DNA of 64,000 nucleotides from Octopus sinensis (Eukaryota). Positions 1 through 14,080 of this stretch are shown here, one piece after another (within the stretch, counting starts at the first letter, position 1; every line of letters starts with the position of its first letter). The notes below the pieces were generated by a model. The model was not told the origin of the DNA. It did not search any database and saw only the letters and a list, made by a program, of their open reading frames with translations. The DNA lies in the NCBI RefSeq assembly GCF_006345805.1, contig NC_043008.1, positions 24,614,001-24,678,000 of the forward strand. Reading direction: 5' to 3'. The translations under genes and the position numbers were made by a program.

Positions 1-334
1 TATCTTAATCTCTAATAAATTTACAATATGATTAATCATTAATGCAATCTTTTTGACTTTTATATAGCGTAGGAATCGTATATTCATGCGTTGAAATTAA
101 TGGGTGTGTGGTTCAGATTTAGAGCATTTTCGAGCTAGTGTTACTGACCTCTTTAAATACATATTTTTTAGTTATTCATACATTATAACAACAATTCTAT
201 ATGTTAAATTAAAGCTTTTAATCGTAGGCGCACGGCATTGTCACTGATACGCTAATTTATTAGATTGTTTCACATGAAATGTCATATTTGAAAGGTAACA
301 ATAAAATGCTTCAGAAGTGTTAGAGAACTGCTTT

Positions 335-1285
335 ATTTAATCAAAGTATGATCCATGTTCATTTATGCCATGTCATATATTCTATCTTTAAAAAAATCAT
401 CTTTTGCTGTGATAAACTGTCCGTGCATATGAAAAGCTCAAAATGCTTAAATATGTGATGATCAGTACGAGAGATATCAGGGAAATAGGGAGGATGTTAC
501 AAAATCTCATAATTCAGGCTTTGCACCTTTTAGACTGTAGCTTGAGGAGTGTGAAGTCGTGCATTGTCGTGGAGCACAACTGGGCCATTCCTATTCACTA
601 ATCTGGGTTGCTTCTTTTTCAAATTCTCATGCATACAATCAATTTCCTGGCAATACGATGTTGCTGTTACCATTTTCCCTTGTTGCAAAAACTAATAAAG
701 AATAACTCCCTTTGCAGACTACCATACAGTGACCATTAACATTTTAACAATCATGAATTTGGATAGTGTTTAGGTGTATCTAATCACTGTCCAGTTCTCC
801 TGCTGTTGTGAAAGAGTATCAATTTCTCATCACAAGTAATGATTTAATGCAAAAATTGTCTTTTTCCAGCCGAGAAAGCAATAAGGAGCACACTTCGAGG
901 CCTCTGTTTTTTCTAATCTCGTTCAGTTGATGTGGAACAAACCTATCCGTTTTCTTGGCTTTTCCAATTTTTTACAGGTGTCCAAAAACAGTAGTGCGAG
1001 ATGTTTGGAGTTCTGAGGAAAGTTCTCGAAACTTTGTTCACTGATTTTGTTCAACCGAAGCATTTAATCCATCATGCCGAATAACTGATTTTGGACTGCC
1101 CATTGGTTTATTTTCAAGGCTATTATCTCCTGAACGAGAGCTTTGGAACCATCTCTAAACAGTTCTGATGTCAACAAAACCATTACCAAAGGCCCGCTTG
1201 ATATTCCGTAGAGCTTCTGCAGCAGAGTGATCCAGTTTGTCCTCATACGTGAAAATCACTCAACATAGTTTCGTTGTTAACATTT
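335..1285 (-). mobile_element. Decayed mariner (Tc1/mariner) transposase remnant
   Basis: Manual minus-strand translation across stops and frameshifts gives YEDKLDHSAAEALRNIKRAFG (HTH), FVPHQL, ITCDEK, KMLMVTVW, VLHDNARLH and HPPY-PD-like motifs. No clear TIRs seen. Confidence 0.85.
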
Positions 1286-2084
1286 TCATAAGGTCTGTGG
1301 GTACGAATTTTGTATAGCAATATTGTTGGGAAAGAAAAAGAGTCAAGATTAAATGCAAAGTATACATAATTGAGTTTTTAAATGACTGAAATAACAAGTA
1401 ATTAAAAATGCGACATTTCATGTGAAACAACTGAATATATTTCAGAGAAATTTCTTAAATCATTGCAAGTGTTCAATTGCGATATTTATAATGCCTTTTA
1501 AGTGTTGTTTTGGAACTATTCATTGCATCTTTTCACTATAGAGATGCAACTTTTCTGTCACTGATGGTTCGGAACCTCTTATAATCCGCACTAATGTATG
1601 AGCAACAGCTTCAATGTCCCACGGTCACCAGACTAGTTTAATGGTACTTGGCATAGATTAGTACCTCGCACAGTTCAGTACATCTGTTTCATTTAATTAT
1701 TTAAATCAAGTTAATACGTGTTAAATTAGAATGTGATGACCAAAATAACTAAGCATAATGCAGAAAACCCCCAGTAATCTGGAAAGGCTTTGGAAAGAAA
1801 AGTTCCGAAAATGTATGTTGTACCTATATTACAATTTCGATGATGAACATTGTAACCAAAAGTTGATTAATGCGTTACCCTTAACACATAGAGGCAGAAT
1901 ATTGTTCATAAAGATAAGATATTTACAATGTAAAAATAAACGAATGCAGAGGTTCTGGTCAGATAGCAACACAAATACTCTTTGCTGATTATATTACCAC
2001 CATATTACGCATCCTAAAATAGAAACACCGCTAACATTTCTTTAATTCTAGTATTTGGATTTGACGATAGATTTGACTTATATA

Positions 2085-2158
2085 ATTATATACGTATACA
2101 AAACATATAGTATATATATGTATATATATATGTATATGGATATATATATATATGTATG

Positions 2159-2206
<48 letters not shown>

Positions 2207-2243
2207 ATATTATATATATATATATATATTTGTATATATATGT

Positions 2244-2299
<56 letters not shown>

Positions 2300-2378
2300 T
2301 ATATTGATATATATGCATATTTATCAATATATATATGTATGTATGTATCTATCTATGTGTCTGTATATATATATATCT
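2085..2378. repeat. (TA)n-rich microsatellite
   Basis: Direct inspection. It accounts for the IY-repeat ORFs in the ORF track. Confidence 0.95.
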
Positions 2379-2479
2379 TTGGAAAAAAGTCAAGGTAAAA
2401 AATGCTAAAATAATTTTATAAAAAAATTCAGTACCGGTTTCAAATATGGAAAACATTTAAATTTTGGAAAAGTTAAAGA

Positions 2480-3240
2480 AAAGTTTTTTAAAAGAATATT
2501 TGCATAGTATTCAAATACAAGGAACATTTTTCTTGTTTTTGCCTGTCTCTGTCTCTCTTGTTTACTCTTGTGGGTTCGAAATCATTGTGAATTCTTGGCA
2601 GAGAAGAAGAAGAAGAAGAAGAAGAAGAAGAAGAAGAAGAGAAGAAGAAGAAGGAGGAGGAGGAGGAGAAGAAAAGTGTGGGAATGCCATGATAGTAGTA
2701 GGATGTTAAATGGTCAAGTGGCTTGTGGATCGTAGTAGTGATTGAATTCTTGAGACATCTCTTTTGAATGTATTGTTGATAATATTTGCGTAGGTGTTAT
2801 TCTAAACAGCAATAGTAGTAAAATAAGGAAGGAGATGGCGGAGAGGAAGAAGACGAAGAAGAAGAGGAAAGAGAAGAGAGAATAATAAAGGATGCAGGTG
2901 GTATTATAGTAGTAGTATGTTAAATGGTCATGTTGGCTACAGGTTGTATCGTCCCTGAACTGGCAGAGGGAAAAATTCCGAAGCTTGGATTTTTGTTGTT
3001 AGCGCAAATGTCGATGTGTTGGCTGAATGCTATTTTTCTGTTTTTGAGAATTTTGATTTGGGATCTGTGCATAACCATCATTTGACGTAGACTTTATTTT
3101 GTTTGGCTTATATATTGCTCTTGACACCCCGAGCAGGTTAATGCTTATATCAGGTTCTCCGAAGCACATGTGAAGCTGCTTTTCACTGAAACGTTGTCCC
3201 TGTTCGAAGGAGAACTCTAATCCCTCGTTTAAAGTCAGAA
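2480..3240 (-). mobile_element. Penelope-like element family 1, 3' fragment (GIY-YIG region plus 3' UTR with (GAA)n)
   Basis: Aligns by eye to 4320-5105 (e.g. tacaggttg.atcgtccctgaa and cacatgtgaag.tg.ttttcactg). Carries a (GAA)n tract at about 2603-2660. Confidence 0.8.
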
Positions 3241-4319
3241 TGCCCGCATGTTATTAAATCGTGATCACACGAGGTATAGGACAGGCGTTAAAAATATCAC
3301 ATTTTGCTTTTCTGTGGTTATTTCGATGAGGGAGGAATTAAAAGAAAATTGGAATATATATAGCAGTTGAAAGTGAGTTAGTGAACGCAATTCTTTTATT
3401 CTCAATTTGTTCCTAGTATTTTTCTAAAGACATTTAAATAAAGAAGTATATGTAGCTGCACAAATAAGATATATTGAAGGAAAACTGATGTATAGAAAAA
3501 TATATATATAGTTTCAAATTCATTTTAAAACGAGTAAAAATGAAAACTAAAACTAAAGATCATAACAAAAAAATCACAGTGGGATACTAAACTTTTAGAT
3601 TAAGAATGAACAGTTACTTTCAGGAAGTTAATTTTTGTTCAAAACCGTATTAGCCTATCTAATGCAAGTGTTGATATCTCTGAATCACTTGTTATAGCTG
3701 CTTCTTTCTCCCCAGGAAAACTGTTTGGAATTTGGTAACTTGGTCATGATCAATGTGTTCTTTGTAATTATCTATCTTATATGACTGGAAATTGTAAGCA
3801 TTATACATAATTTATTAGCGTTACTTATGAAATAAAACAAGCCCAAATCTCTAAAGGAAACCTCTGAAATGACGGAACGCTAAGTTAAGAGATATATTAA
3901 TGGTCTACTTTTAATGTATACTATTTAAAATGATATCGAAACAATACAAATACAAAGGTGACTGGTGAAATGAAAATCAAATGGTAGTCTCAGAAGATGC
4001 TTAAATTGTACTGACGACTAATTAAACAGAGAAAAATGAAATGATGAGCAACTGACCTAAGATGAATTTACCGATGACCAGTTATCCTAGCGCTGTGACA
4101 CAAACAAACAAAAACATATATATGAATTGCATCGTGGAACAGACAGTTTTACTATCTAAAATACAGGCAGAAACTGTTATATTCATATTTCTTTTATTTC
4201 AAGAAATTTGTGATACCAGTACTATATGTTAAAATAATTTTATCACGAAGAACATTTTGATACAGGTGTTGTGGAAAAATTAAATGAAATGTTTTTCTAA
4301 ATATTTCCATAGTTTTCAA

Positions 4320-7300
4320 ATGTAAGGGACATTTTCCTTTTTCTATCTGTCTGTCTCTCTTTTTACTCTTGTAAAGGCTTGGTATCATGTAGTACGTAGT
4401 AGCAGTCCTAAAAGAATATTTGATATGAATTCTTGATTTTGATTGTTTAAGCAGCAGTGGTAGCGGAGGAATGAGGTGAAGATGAAGAAGAAGAAGAAGA
4501 AAAAGAGGGAGTAGGAAAAGAAGAGAAAGAATAATAAAAAATACGGGAATGGTATGACAGTAGTAGGATGCTGGTGGAATCCTTTTAAATGGTCAAGTGA
4601 ACTGAAAGTGACCCATTGTGGTTGTAATAGTAGTGATTGGAATTGTTCTGAATAAATTCATGGGTAGTCATTGTTCTGAATATATCGTTTTTGATATTTG
4701 TGTGAGCATTATTCTAAGGCCCTTGTAGTAGTGTCATTTATGGTGGACGCATTTAGAAGGAGTATATATTTTGTGATAAAAAATGACTCTTTGCCAATTC
4801 ACTGACTACAGGTTGCATCGTCCCTGAATTTATAGAATGCAAAATTTCTGAAGCATGGTTGTTTGTTAGTGGTGCAAATGTCCATGTGTTAGCTGAATAC
4901 TATTTTTCTGTATTCCTGAAGTTTGATATGGGATCTATGTAGAGCCATCCTTTGATGTAGACTCTTTTTGGTTTGGCCTATGTAATGATCTCGACACCCA
5001 GAGCAAGTTAATACATATATTAGGTTCTCTGAACCACATGTGAAGTTGTTTTTCACTGTCAAACGTTGACCCTGTTTGAAAGAGAACTCTGATCCCTCAT
5101 TTAAGTTGACGCATAGAACACAGTTAGGTCGTCTGCATTTTTTACTGACAGCTTCATTGTTGTTGTCGAGTTTACTTGGACTTGTGTTAGGATACTTTTC
5201 ATAGATTTGGGTTCTCTTTTGCTCTTTATGATGGTGTGCGTTTGGAGGATTAAATTCATTCTGTGATCCCTTTTTGTTCTGGAGGATGGTGTCGAAGGCT
5301 TTATTGTTAAGGGGGTTGTGTGTGGAGATGTATGGTAGGGATTTTGGTTGTAAATCCTTCTTTAGTTTGGGGTGTCTGAGTTCGTGTATGCTGAGTTGTA
5401 GGCACGTTGAACGCCTATATCAGTTAGTGATGGTGGGTAGTTCCTAGTGATGAGTTTATCCTTTAATTTACGTAGTCGTGTGTCCTTTGGTTGAATGGGA
5501 TATTTATTCTAGTGGGTCTGGGCTGGCGTGAGTTGAACAGTAGATATTGCTTGGAGTCCGTGGGCTTATAGTATATATCTGTCTCTATTTTGTTGTTGGA
5601 TTTCTTAATGAGGATGTTGAGGAATGTAAGTTGTTGATGTATATATTCCATCGTGAATTGAATGTTTATGCCAAGTCCATTTAGAAGTGCTTCAAATTAT
5701 TTAAGTCTCTCTATACTTTCATGCCAAAGAATGAAACAGTAATCCAGATGCCTCTTCCACTTGTAGAGGGAGAATGGGTTGCCGCATTTCTCTAGTACCC
5801 AACAATAAAGGCTGATTTCTAGACATCCCATGACTAAGTTAGCAGAGGAGGGGTCCATTCCCGTACCCATCGAAGTCCCCAATTTTTATCTATAGAAATT
5901 GTCTTTGAAGACAAAGTAGTTATTCTCCAAGATGAATTTTAGCCCTTCTATTACGAATTCTTTTTGATGCGATGTCGGAGTTCATTAAAGTAATTCCCTA
6001 GCCAGAATTGAATTTCCTCTATTCCTAGGCTGTGGGGAATATAAGAATAGAGGTTGGCTGCATTGAAAGATACTAGTAGAGTGTTTTTGTTAATTGTTTT
6101 AGGGAGGGGATTGAACATATTTAGGTCTTCCCTTATGTAGCTTTTGATATGCTTGAGAAATGGTTTCAAGAGGGAATCTAAAAAGTTAATGAGGCGGTGG
6201 GTTTCGCATGCCTGACCTGCTATAATAGGTCTTAATTTGAGGTCATTGGGATTAGGGACCTTGATTATTATGTCTGTGGCTATCCTGCATGCGTTACTTA
6301 TTTTCTCACTTTTTTGCATCTTAGGAATACCATAGAATTAACTGGATTTACTTTTGAAGTTAATCATATAATCGTATTCCTTGTCGGTGAGCCCTTCGCT
6401 GAATAGATTCAGCATAGTTTTTAGGCTTCTCATTTTTTCCTGCTGACTGTAGTGTTGGACCTTTTCAAAATATGTTGTGTCTTCCAATATGGATAATACT
6501 AGAATTATGTAGTATACTGTATCCATTAAGACAACTGCCCCCCCCACTTTATCAGCCTCTTTGATTTTATTGTTTTATCATCTTATAAGTTGTTCAGCTC
6601 AACCCATTCTTTTTTGCTGAAGTTTGGTTTGTGGTTTTGTTTGTGCATAGGTTGATATGGGTAATTCGTAATGTATTCACAGAAACGTTCAAGAATTTTT
6701 TTCTTATCTTTTGAAGGAGTGTAGTTACTTCTATTTCGAACTAACGTTTCGTCCTCATTGTATTTGTCGTATAGTTCCTCAGTGAGTCGTAGTTTTCTAC
6801 AGAATTCCGTAACGTCTTCTTTCATTTCATTGTAGTTGGGGCGTGGGTGGGTGGGCGTTGGTTGTAAACTTGAGCCCATTGAAGAGGATGTTAATATGAT
6901 TTGCTGTAAGATTTTGAGAGTTAGATTGATGACTTTTATCAATTTTGGTTCCTCCTGTCTGTCTGATACTATCTCGTATCTCTGTGTTTGCGTATTGGAT
7001 CTAAAAATGATGGAGGTGATTGGGACGGTTGTTGTTTCCTGTTGTTGTGGGGTGCCCTGTTGTGATTTATGGTGGGGTTCTCGGAAGGGTATTGAAAGGT
7101 GTGTCCCAATATTCCATGTTTTGATGTGGTGTTTTAGGGGGCCGTCGTTGGTAATTATTACGTGTGGTATGGGTTTGTTGTGCGTGGCTATTTAGTGGAA
7201 TGCTGGAACGAAAATTCTCTCGGTAACTCCTTATGGGGGTGGTTCTAATATCTATCCTCCGGGTGATGATTTTCATTTTCCTGTTTGATGTTGAGGTAAG

Positions 7301-7330
7301 CTGATCACGTAGAAGGATGGCGTTCCTGTC
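4320..7330 (-). mobile_element. Penelope-like retroelement family 1, near full length and degenerate (RT plus GIY-YIG)
   Basis: Minus-strand ORF pieces give LRPIIAG, LLVSFNAANLYSYIPH, GTSMGT..PSSANLVMG, LTFLNILI and TDIYYKPTDSKQYL. At about 4750-5100 the minus strand reads NFTCGSENLIYVLTCSGCRDHYIGQTKKSLHQRMALH, a GIY-YIG motif. Confidence 0.9.
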
Positions 7331-7381
7331 CATTTTGGACTATGCTCTACATATATATATACACATATGCACACATATATA

Positions 7382-7473
<92 letters not shown>

Positions 7474-7481
7474 CACACATA

Positions 7482-7885
7482 GGCGCAGGAGTGGCTGTGT
7501 GGTAAGTAGCTTGCTTACGAACCACATGGTTCTGGGTTCAGTCCCACTGCGTGGCACCTTGGGCAAGTGTCTTCTACTATAGCCTCGGGCCGACCAAAGC
7601 CTTGGAGTGGATTTGGTAGGCGGAAACTGAAAGAAGCCCGTCGTATATATGTATATATATATAAATATGCGTGTCTGTGTTTGTGTATCTGTGTTTGTCC
7701 CCCTAGCATTGCTTGACAACCAATGCTGGTTTGTTTATGTCCCCGTTACTTAGCGGTTCGGCAAAAGAGACCGATAGAATAAGTACTAGGCTTACAAAAG
7801 AATAAGTCCCGGGGTCGAGTTGCTCGATTAAAGGCGGTGCTCCAGCATTGCCGCAGTCAAATGTTTGAAACAAGTAAAAGAGTAA
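7482..7885 (+). mobile_element. tRNA-derived SINE (octopus-type)
   Basis: Head ggcgcaggagtggctgtgtggtaag...gggttcagtccc has A/B-box-like motifs. The body is homologous to 54980-55380. The 3' tail is ggcggtgctccagcattgccgcag...gaaac. Confidence 0.8.
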
Positions 7886-8268
7886 AGAGTATACATACTC
7901 ACGCACTCACCGTCATTCTCACATACAGACTCATGCAAGCGTTCTCACATACACACAAGCGCTTGCAGACTTTCGTTCGGGGAATCACCCTCATTATATC
8001 CCTTTCACTCAGCTTCTTACTTTCAGCTATTTCATTATGTTGAACCATTAATCCCTATACATCTTTTTCTCTCACCTTTTTCCTCGCTCAATCTTTTCTG
8101 TCGAAGAGCATAGACCCCAAACATGAAAGACTTTTCCATACTTGTTTCCTCACCTTCTTCGTCTCTGTTTTCTGTAAATTTGAACTGCACAGACACACAC
8201 ACACACACACACACACAGACACACACAGAGACACACACACAGAGACACACACACACACACACACATAA

Positions 8269-8323
<55 letters not shown>

Positions 8324-10956
8324 CGTATGTATGTATACGGCTTCACTTGTGTGTGTGCACATGGCCATATCTTTGGGTTAAGAAGTTCGTTTCACGAGCC
8401 GAGTGTCCCTTTGCGCGATTGTCTTATACTGCAGCAGTCACTTGATCTGTCACATCCCATATATTCATGCTGTGCAATTTTTGACAGCCGAATCTGCTAG
8501 TATCTTCAATTATGTGAAACAAACTTGCTAATGTAGTTGGATAATTGATGGTGTTCAATTTCCTGTATCAAGCTCCTGATGCAAACAATGCAAGTGAATC
8601 AGCGCAGAATCCATACCATCGCTAATGCTAATACAAAATATATTCTGATTAGAAACGAAAGGATGGTCACTCCTAAGCCTCCATTTTTCTTTATAGTTTC
8701 TCTGTCTAACGTTTATCTAAAGAAGGCAATGTTAAGCAGTTGATCAAAACATGCCAAAAAGAGATGCCAACAACTTTCAAACCATCACCATCCTGAAATG
8801 TATTCGTCGATACCCGTGAAGATGTAAACTCCTAGTTTAAATGTATTACATAGTTCAGGTATCAGCATCTATCTATTGCCAATATGCAAATTGAATACAA
8901 TTTATAACTTTAGTTTTGTATTTAGCTGGAAAGATTCTTGCTATCATTCCGTGTGTTGAAAAAACTTTTTCTCTCATGAGGGTGGAGTCATAATGCTAAA
9001 AGTAAACAATGCAGTGGTTCTATATCACATCTTTTATAATTATTATTAGTCAAATGGTTAAGAATTTAATCAATTAACTAATGGACTGTCTGATTAATCG
9101 ATCAGTCAATGAATCAGCTCGGATCATCAGTGCTCAATCGTGCCAAGCGCGTCTTCGACAACGACATGCCCACTCTGTTCCAGTTATGTCTGTCACCTAA
9201 TACACCGAAGAAATATTTATAGAGGTATGAGTAAGAATTTGTGCTGGTGTATATGTGTATGTGCTGGCGTGTGTACGGCACACACGCACAGATACGCATA
9301 CACACATCAGCTTGTACAGAGCTCGCGCTCTCACAACACGTGTACACACATTTTTACTGTTCCACACATTCTCACTCGCATATCATAAATATATAAACTA
9401 GAACACAAACGTACTTGTTTGATTGGCCGATTAATTAATCAAACAATAGTTCAAATAATTGTTTGAACCTTTAACTATTTAACTACTAATAATAACAAAA
9501 GAACTAATATAGAGCCAGAGGGTGTGTTTATTATTGAAATAATGAATGCCCTAAGATACAACACAGTATTTATCTGGAAGTTCTAGATGTTCATCTGGAT
9601 GTTCTAGATGATGTTGAATCTACATTATATAGAATACATTTTCTTGCAAATAGTTTTCTTCACTTTCATTTATTTTTGTGCATATGGATCATATTTTCAG
9701 CTATCGAAATGCAAATAAATCTTCCCGCTTTATTTTATATTACTATTCTGCTCAGTTGTTTAGTTCAGCAGAACCATAAAATCTCTAGGGATAGAAGTGA
9801 TTTCTGACAAATTCTTAAAACTTGTATGTTGAATCTGAAATCAATGTTTACCTCATTCCTGTAATTCAGGCAAGTAACTCTTTTGAGATATGTTAAATCA
9901 GGAGTATATGGAGCTTTCTCACTCAGACATTTTAGTGATATATCACACAAAGTTCCGTGGAGGCTGTTCTTACACAAGTTCTATACAAATATAATTAATG
10001 ACAAAAAATAGACAAGAAATTTAAGTTACAGGAATCAGAAATCACAATGATGATATATGAGCAAACAACGCAAGAATCGCGTGCATTATGCAGCTATAGA
10101 TTCAAATTCAGTTTATTCTTTGTCTATAGTGGTGACGTGTATTTATTTGTAGTCATATAAGATGTTATTTCAGTGTGTTTTTTAAGTGGTTTTGAGCATT
10201 TGAAATGACCTGTAGACCATCAGAAGTTTACAATATTAAAATATAATTTCTAAACGTTCATTCTTTATCTAAAGCAAATAAAAAAAATTCTGAAATACAT
10301 GTTTTGATATAGAAAACGTTTTGGATATTGTATTTTTGTTTATCGTTGAAAGGAGAAAATTACTTTCTAGTCTATGCTAGATTCAAATCAAGTTATTGGT
10401 TACTGAAATTTATTTCGACGGCAGAAGGAAATAGTAAAGTAGATATGTCGAAAATGCTACCGGCTCTTTTCTATGTTACACCCACAAGACTATTAACGTC
10501 ACTATTTCAACTGTTAAATGGAGTTTTGCTGACGCTCCGATAACATTCTGCCAGAGCATTCAATATTTGGTTGATACGAGGGAAAGAAATATTTACATTG
10601 ATCTTGCTACTATCTAGTTGGCAGAATGAAGTTACCAGAATAATGTATATTTGACCATCAGGACTTTAGATATTCTTAGAGTTTATTGTAATAATTCCTA
10701 AAATCTAATGGTCCCTAAATTCTTCTTTGATCTCACCAAATATACACTATTCTGATAAGATCATTCTGCCAAGTGGATGGTAGCAAAATGAATGTAAATA
10801 TTTTTGCTCTATGAATTTGTTAGCAAATTTGTTTCTACCCCGATCATTTATGCAGTCTGTTTTTGCTTGTTTGGTGACAGTGGTTTCAGGTTCTTCATCG
10901 AATTCAGAGTTAATGTCAAGTTTCCTTGCAAATTTGCAAACTTCCTTGACAATAGA

Positions 10957-11046
<90 letters not shown>
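10957..11046. repeat. (ATT)n microsatellite flanking the 3' end of the Dong-like element
   Basis: Pure ATT run directly abutting the element end at 11047. Confidence 0.95.
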
Positions 11047-11049
<3 letters not shown>

Positions 11050-13799
11050 TAGTTTTATTTTTATAGCGTGCTTTCACTTCACTACCGAGCGCAGCTCTGT
11101 GTGCCTTGGGTATGTGCTGTGATTTGTTGTGATGCTCTGATGGTTATTGTATGGAAAGTGTTCTGCGTAGGATGTGTGCAGTGCCTAGTAGTGCAATTTT
11201 CTGTATGTTATATGTGTTTGTAAGTCCTGATGTTTTTGTTATGTATTTGTCTGAATATTTTTTTTATCATGCCTAATGCACCTACTATGATAGGAATTGT
11301 TTCTGTTTTCGGGTTCCACATTCTAGTTATCTCTATTTCCAGGTCTTTGTATTTTGAGAGTTTCTCCATTTCTTTTAGAGACACGTTGTCATCTGTCGGT
11401 ATTGATACATCAATTAGAAAGCATTTTTTTTCTTCATGATCTCTGACAACTATATCTGGTCTGTTGGCCTTAATTTCTCTATCTGTGTGTATCGGCATAT
11501 CCCAGAGTATGGTTGCTTTCTCGTTTTCTGTGACCTTTTCTGGTGTGTGCCTATACCATCTTTTTTCTGTTGTTATTCCATAATGTTGGCATAGCTTCCA
11601 ATGTATGTAGGTTCCAACTCTGTCATGTCTGTGAATATATTCCTTCTTAGCCAGGACTGGGCAGCTAGAGATAATATGATTTATTGTTTCTTGTCCATCT
11701 CCACATATTCTGCAGTTACTTGTAATATTTCTTTTCATTACATGTTTTTGGTAATTTCTGGTGGGGAGGCTTTGGTCTTGTGCTGCAATTAAAAATCCCT
11801 CTGTTTCTGCTTTGAGTCCTGAGCTTCTCAACCATTGCTGGGATTTTTCTTTGTCTATTTATTTTGCGTTTAGTTTAGTGCAGTATTTACCATGAAGGGG
11901 CTTTTCTTGCCATCGTTTTATCATGGCTCGTTGCTGTTCTATTTTTAGTTTGGATTTCATTTGTTTTATAGCTTTTGTTGTTTCTTCATCATCTTCTTCT
12001 TCTTCTTTGTGTTTATTAGGTGGTATGATTTCTTGTTTGTATTTGTCAGCTTCCTTAAATACTGAGAACAGTTTTTTGTTTTGCTCGTGTTTTGCTGCTA
12101 TCTGGATCAGTTTTCCTTCCTTCTGAAGTAGGTATTTTTGCAGTCCTATGGTGGTTTTTTTATAGTAGTTTTCCAGCTGTATAAGGCCTCTACCACCTTC
12201 TATACGTTGTATATATAGTCTTTCTATGTCAGATTTTGGGTGATGCATCCTAGATCCTGTCAGTATTTTTCTTGTTTTCCTATCTATTTTGGACAGTTCA
12301 TTTCGTGTCCAGTTAAGGATATTGTAGTTGTAACTTATAACTGGGACAGCTAAAGTGTTGATACCTATTATCTTGTTTTTAGCATTGAGCTCTGTTTTTA
12401 GTATTGATCTAACTCGTCTATAATATTGTTTTTTTATTTTCTCTTTCATTTGTGTGTGTTGTGTCTTATCTAGTTCATGGATTCCTAAGTATTTGTAAGT
12501 TTGGCTTTGGTCTAATTCTTTTATTTCTTTGGTTTTATCTAGTGTGATGTTGTTACTCTTAACTAGTTTTCCTCTTTTCATGGTTACTTTGGCGCATTTT
12601 TCTAATCCAAATTTCATATCTATTTCTTTGGTAAATCCATGAACTGTCTTTAATAGTGTTTCCAGCTGTTTGTCATTTGCAGCGTATAGTTTTATGTCAT
12701 CAATATATAAAAGGTGGCTGATCGTTTTGCCGTATCATTTATATCCGCATTCAGTTCTATTTAGTATATCGGATAGAGGTGACAGTGCCAAGCAGAAAAG
12801 GAGTGGAGAGAGCGTGTCTCCCTGGAAAATTCCTCTTCTAATGGGGGATGTCTTTGGTTTTCATGAGTCCCTCTTTTGTTTGGAGGTGTAGGACTGTTTG
12901 CCATTTATTCATAGAGTGCTCTATGAATTTTATGATTGTTGGTGCTACTTTGTTAATGGCTAGTGTTTCGAGGATCCATGTGTGAGGGATGCTATCAAAC
13001 GCCTTTTTGTAGTCAATCCAGGCCATACTGAGGCCTTTCTTCTTTCTGTGACTGTCTTCAGTTATGGCTTTATTAATCATTAGTTGATCTTTACAGCCAT
13101 ATGAGCCCTTGCGGCATCCTTTCTGCTCTTCTGGGAACAGTTTGTTTTCGTCCAGGTGCTTGTTCAGCCTTTGTGATATCACTGCAGTAAATGCCTTGAA
13201 CATAGTAGGGAGGCAGGTTATTGGTCTGTAGTTTTCTGGTTTTGTTGTTTCATTTGATTTGGGAATTAAGATGGTTTTCCCCTTCGTGAGCCATTCAGGC
13301 ATTGTCTCTGGCTCTGCTAGTATGCTGTTAAAGTTTTCAGCCAGCTTTTTGTGCATTCCTGTTAGATATTTCAACCAGAAGTTGGGGATCTTGTCATGCC
13401 CAGGCGCCTTCCAGTTGCTTAGTTTTTGCAGTGCCTGGGTGACCTCTTCAGTTATGGGGGTCCAAAGTTGTTCAGATGCCGAGTTTGTTATTTTCATGCT
13501 CCTTTTTTTTTGGCTGTTCGTTCGCCGACCATATTTCTCTCCAGAATTCTTCCAATTCTTCTGCCGTTGGTGCTGCAGTGACTTCTATTTTATTTTTGCC
13601 CAGTTCTTGGTAGAACTTTTTGGGGTCGGAGTTGAACTTTTTGTTCTGTTCAAAGAAGCGTTGGCGTTTCTCGTACCGGCGGATCCTTTGAGCTTTGGCA
13701 AGGATATCTTGCTTCAGCTTTTCTTTTTTCTCCGGCAAATCTTTTTCTGTGATGTTATATTTGCGGAGCATTTTTGTTCTCTTTTTGTTGCTTAATAGC

Positions 13800-13800
<1 letters not shown>
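11047..13800 (-). mobile_element. R4/Dong-clade non-LTR retrotransposon (RT, CCHC zinc knuckle, restriction-like endonuclease), 5'-truncated
   Basis: Minus ORFs contain WKAPGHD, YRPITCLPT, QKGCRKG, WIDYKKAFDS, GIFQGDTLSP, LYIDD, CRICG..ETINHIISSC, RHD and RPDIVV...IDVSIP. Only a few frameshifts. (TAA)n on both sides. Confidence 0.92.
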
Positions 13801-13863
<63 letters not shown>

Positions 13864-13922
13864 TAATTATTATTATTTTTATTATTATTATTATGTTTAT
13901 TATGCTTATTATTATTATCATC
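13801..13922. repeat. (TTA)n microsatellite flanking the 5' end of the Dong-like element
   Basis: TTA run, degenerate toward its right end. Confidence 0.9.
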
Positions 13923-14030
13923 GTCATTAATACTGTGTGCTCACTGCAAGTACCAGGTCTTCTAACATAGCTATATCATTTGCCATGTCCTTTCCGATTC
14001 TCTATCAATGTAGATCAATGAATGTGTGTG

Positions 14031-14080
<50 letters not shown>

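Noticed and set aside
2031-2408. ORFs rich in IY, CV, HT, I or S repeats (also near 7.3k, 8.1k, 10.8k, 14k, 15k, 27k, 28k, 53k, 56k and 63k)
   Set aside because: They are translations of (TA)n, (CA)n, (TTA)n and (GAA)n microsatellites, not genes.
9114-9196. Possible phase-1 terminal exon (GDRHNWNRVGMSLSKTRLARLSTDDPS*)
   Set aside because: Weak acceptor and no homology; joining it to the 26-kb candidate exon would be speculation.
13259-13795. Long plus-strand ORFs here and at 18495-18932 and 20030-20482
   Set aside because: They are antisense shadows of retroelement ORFs.
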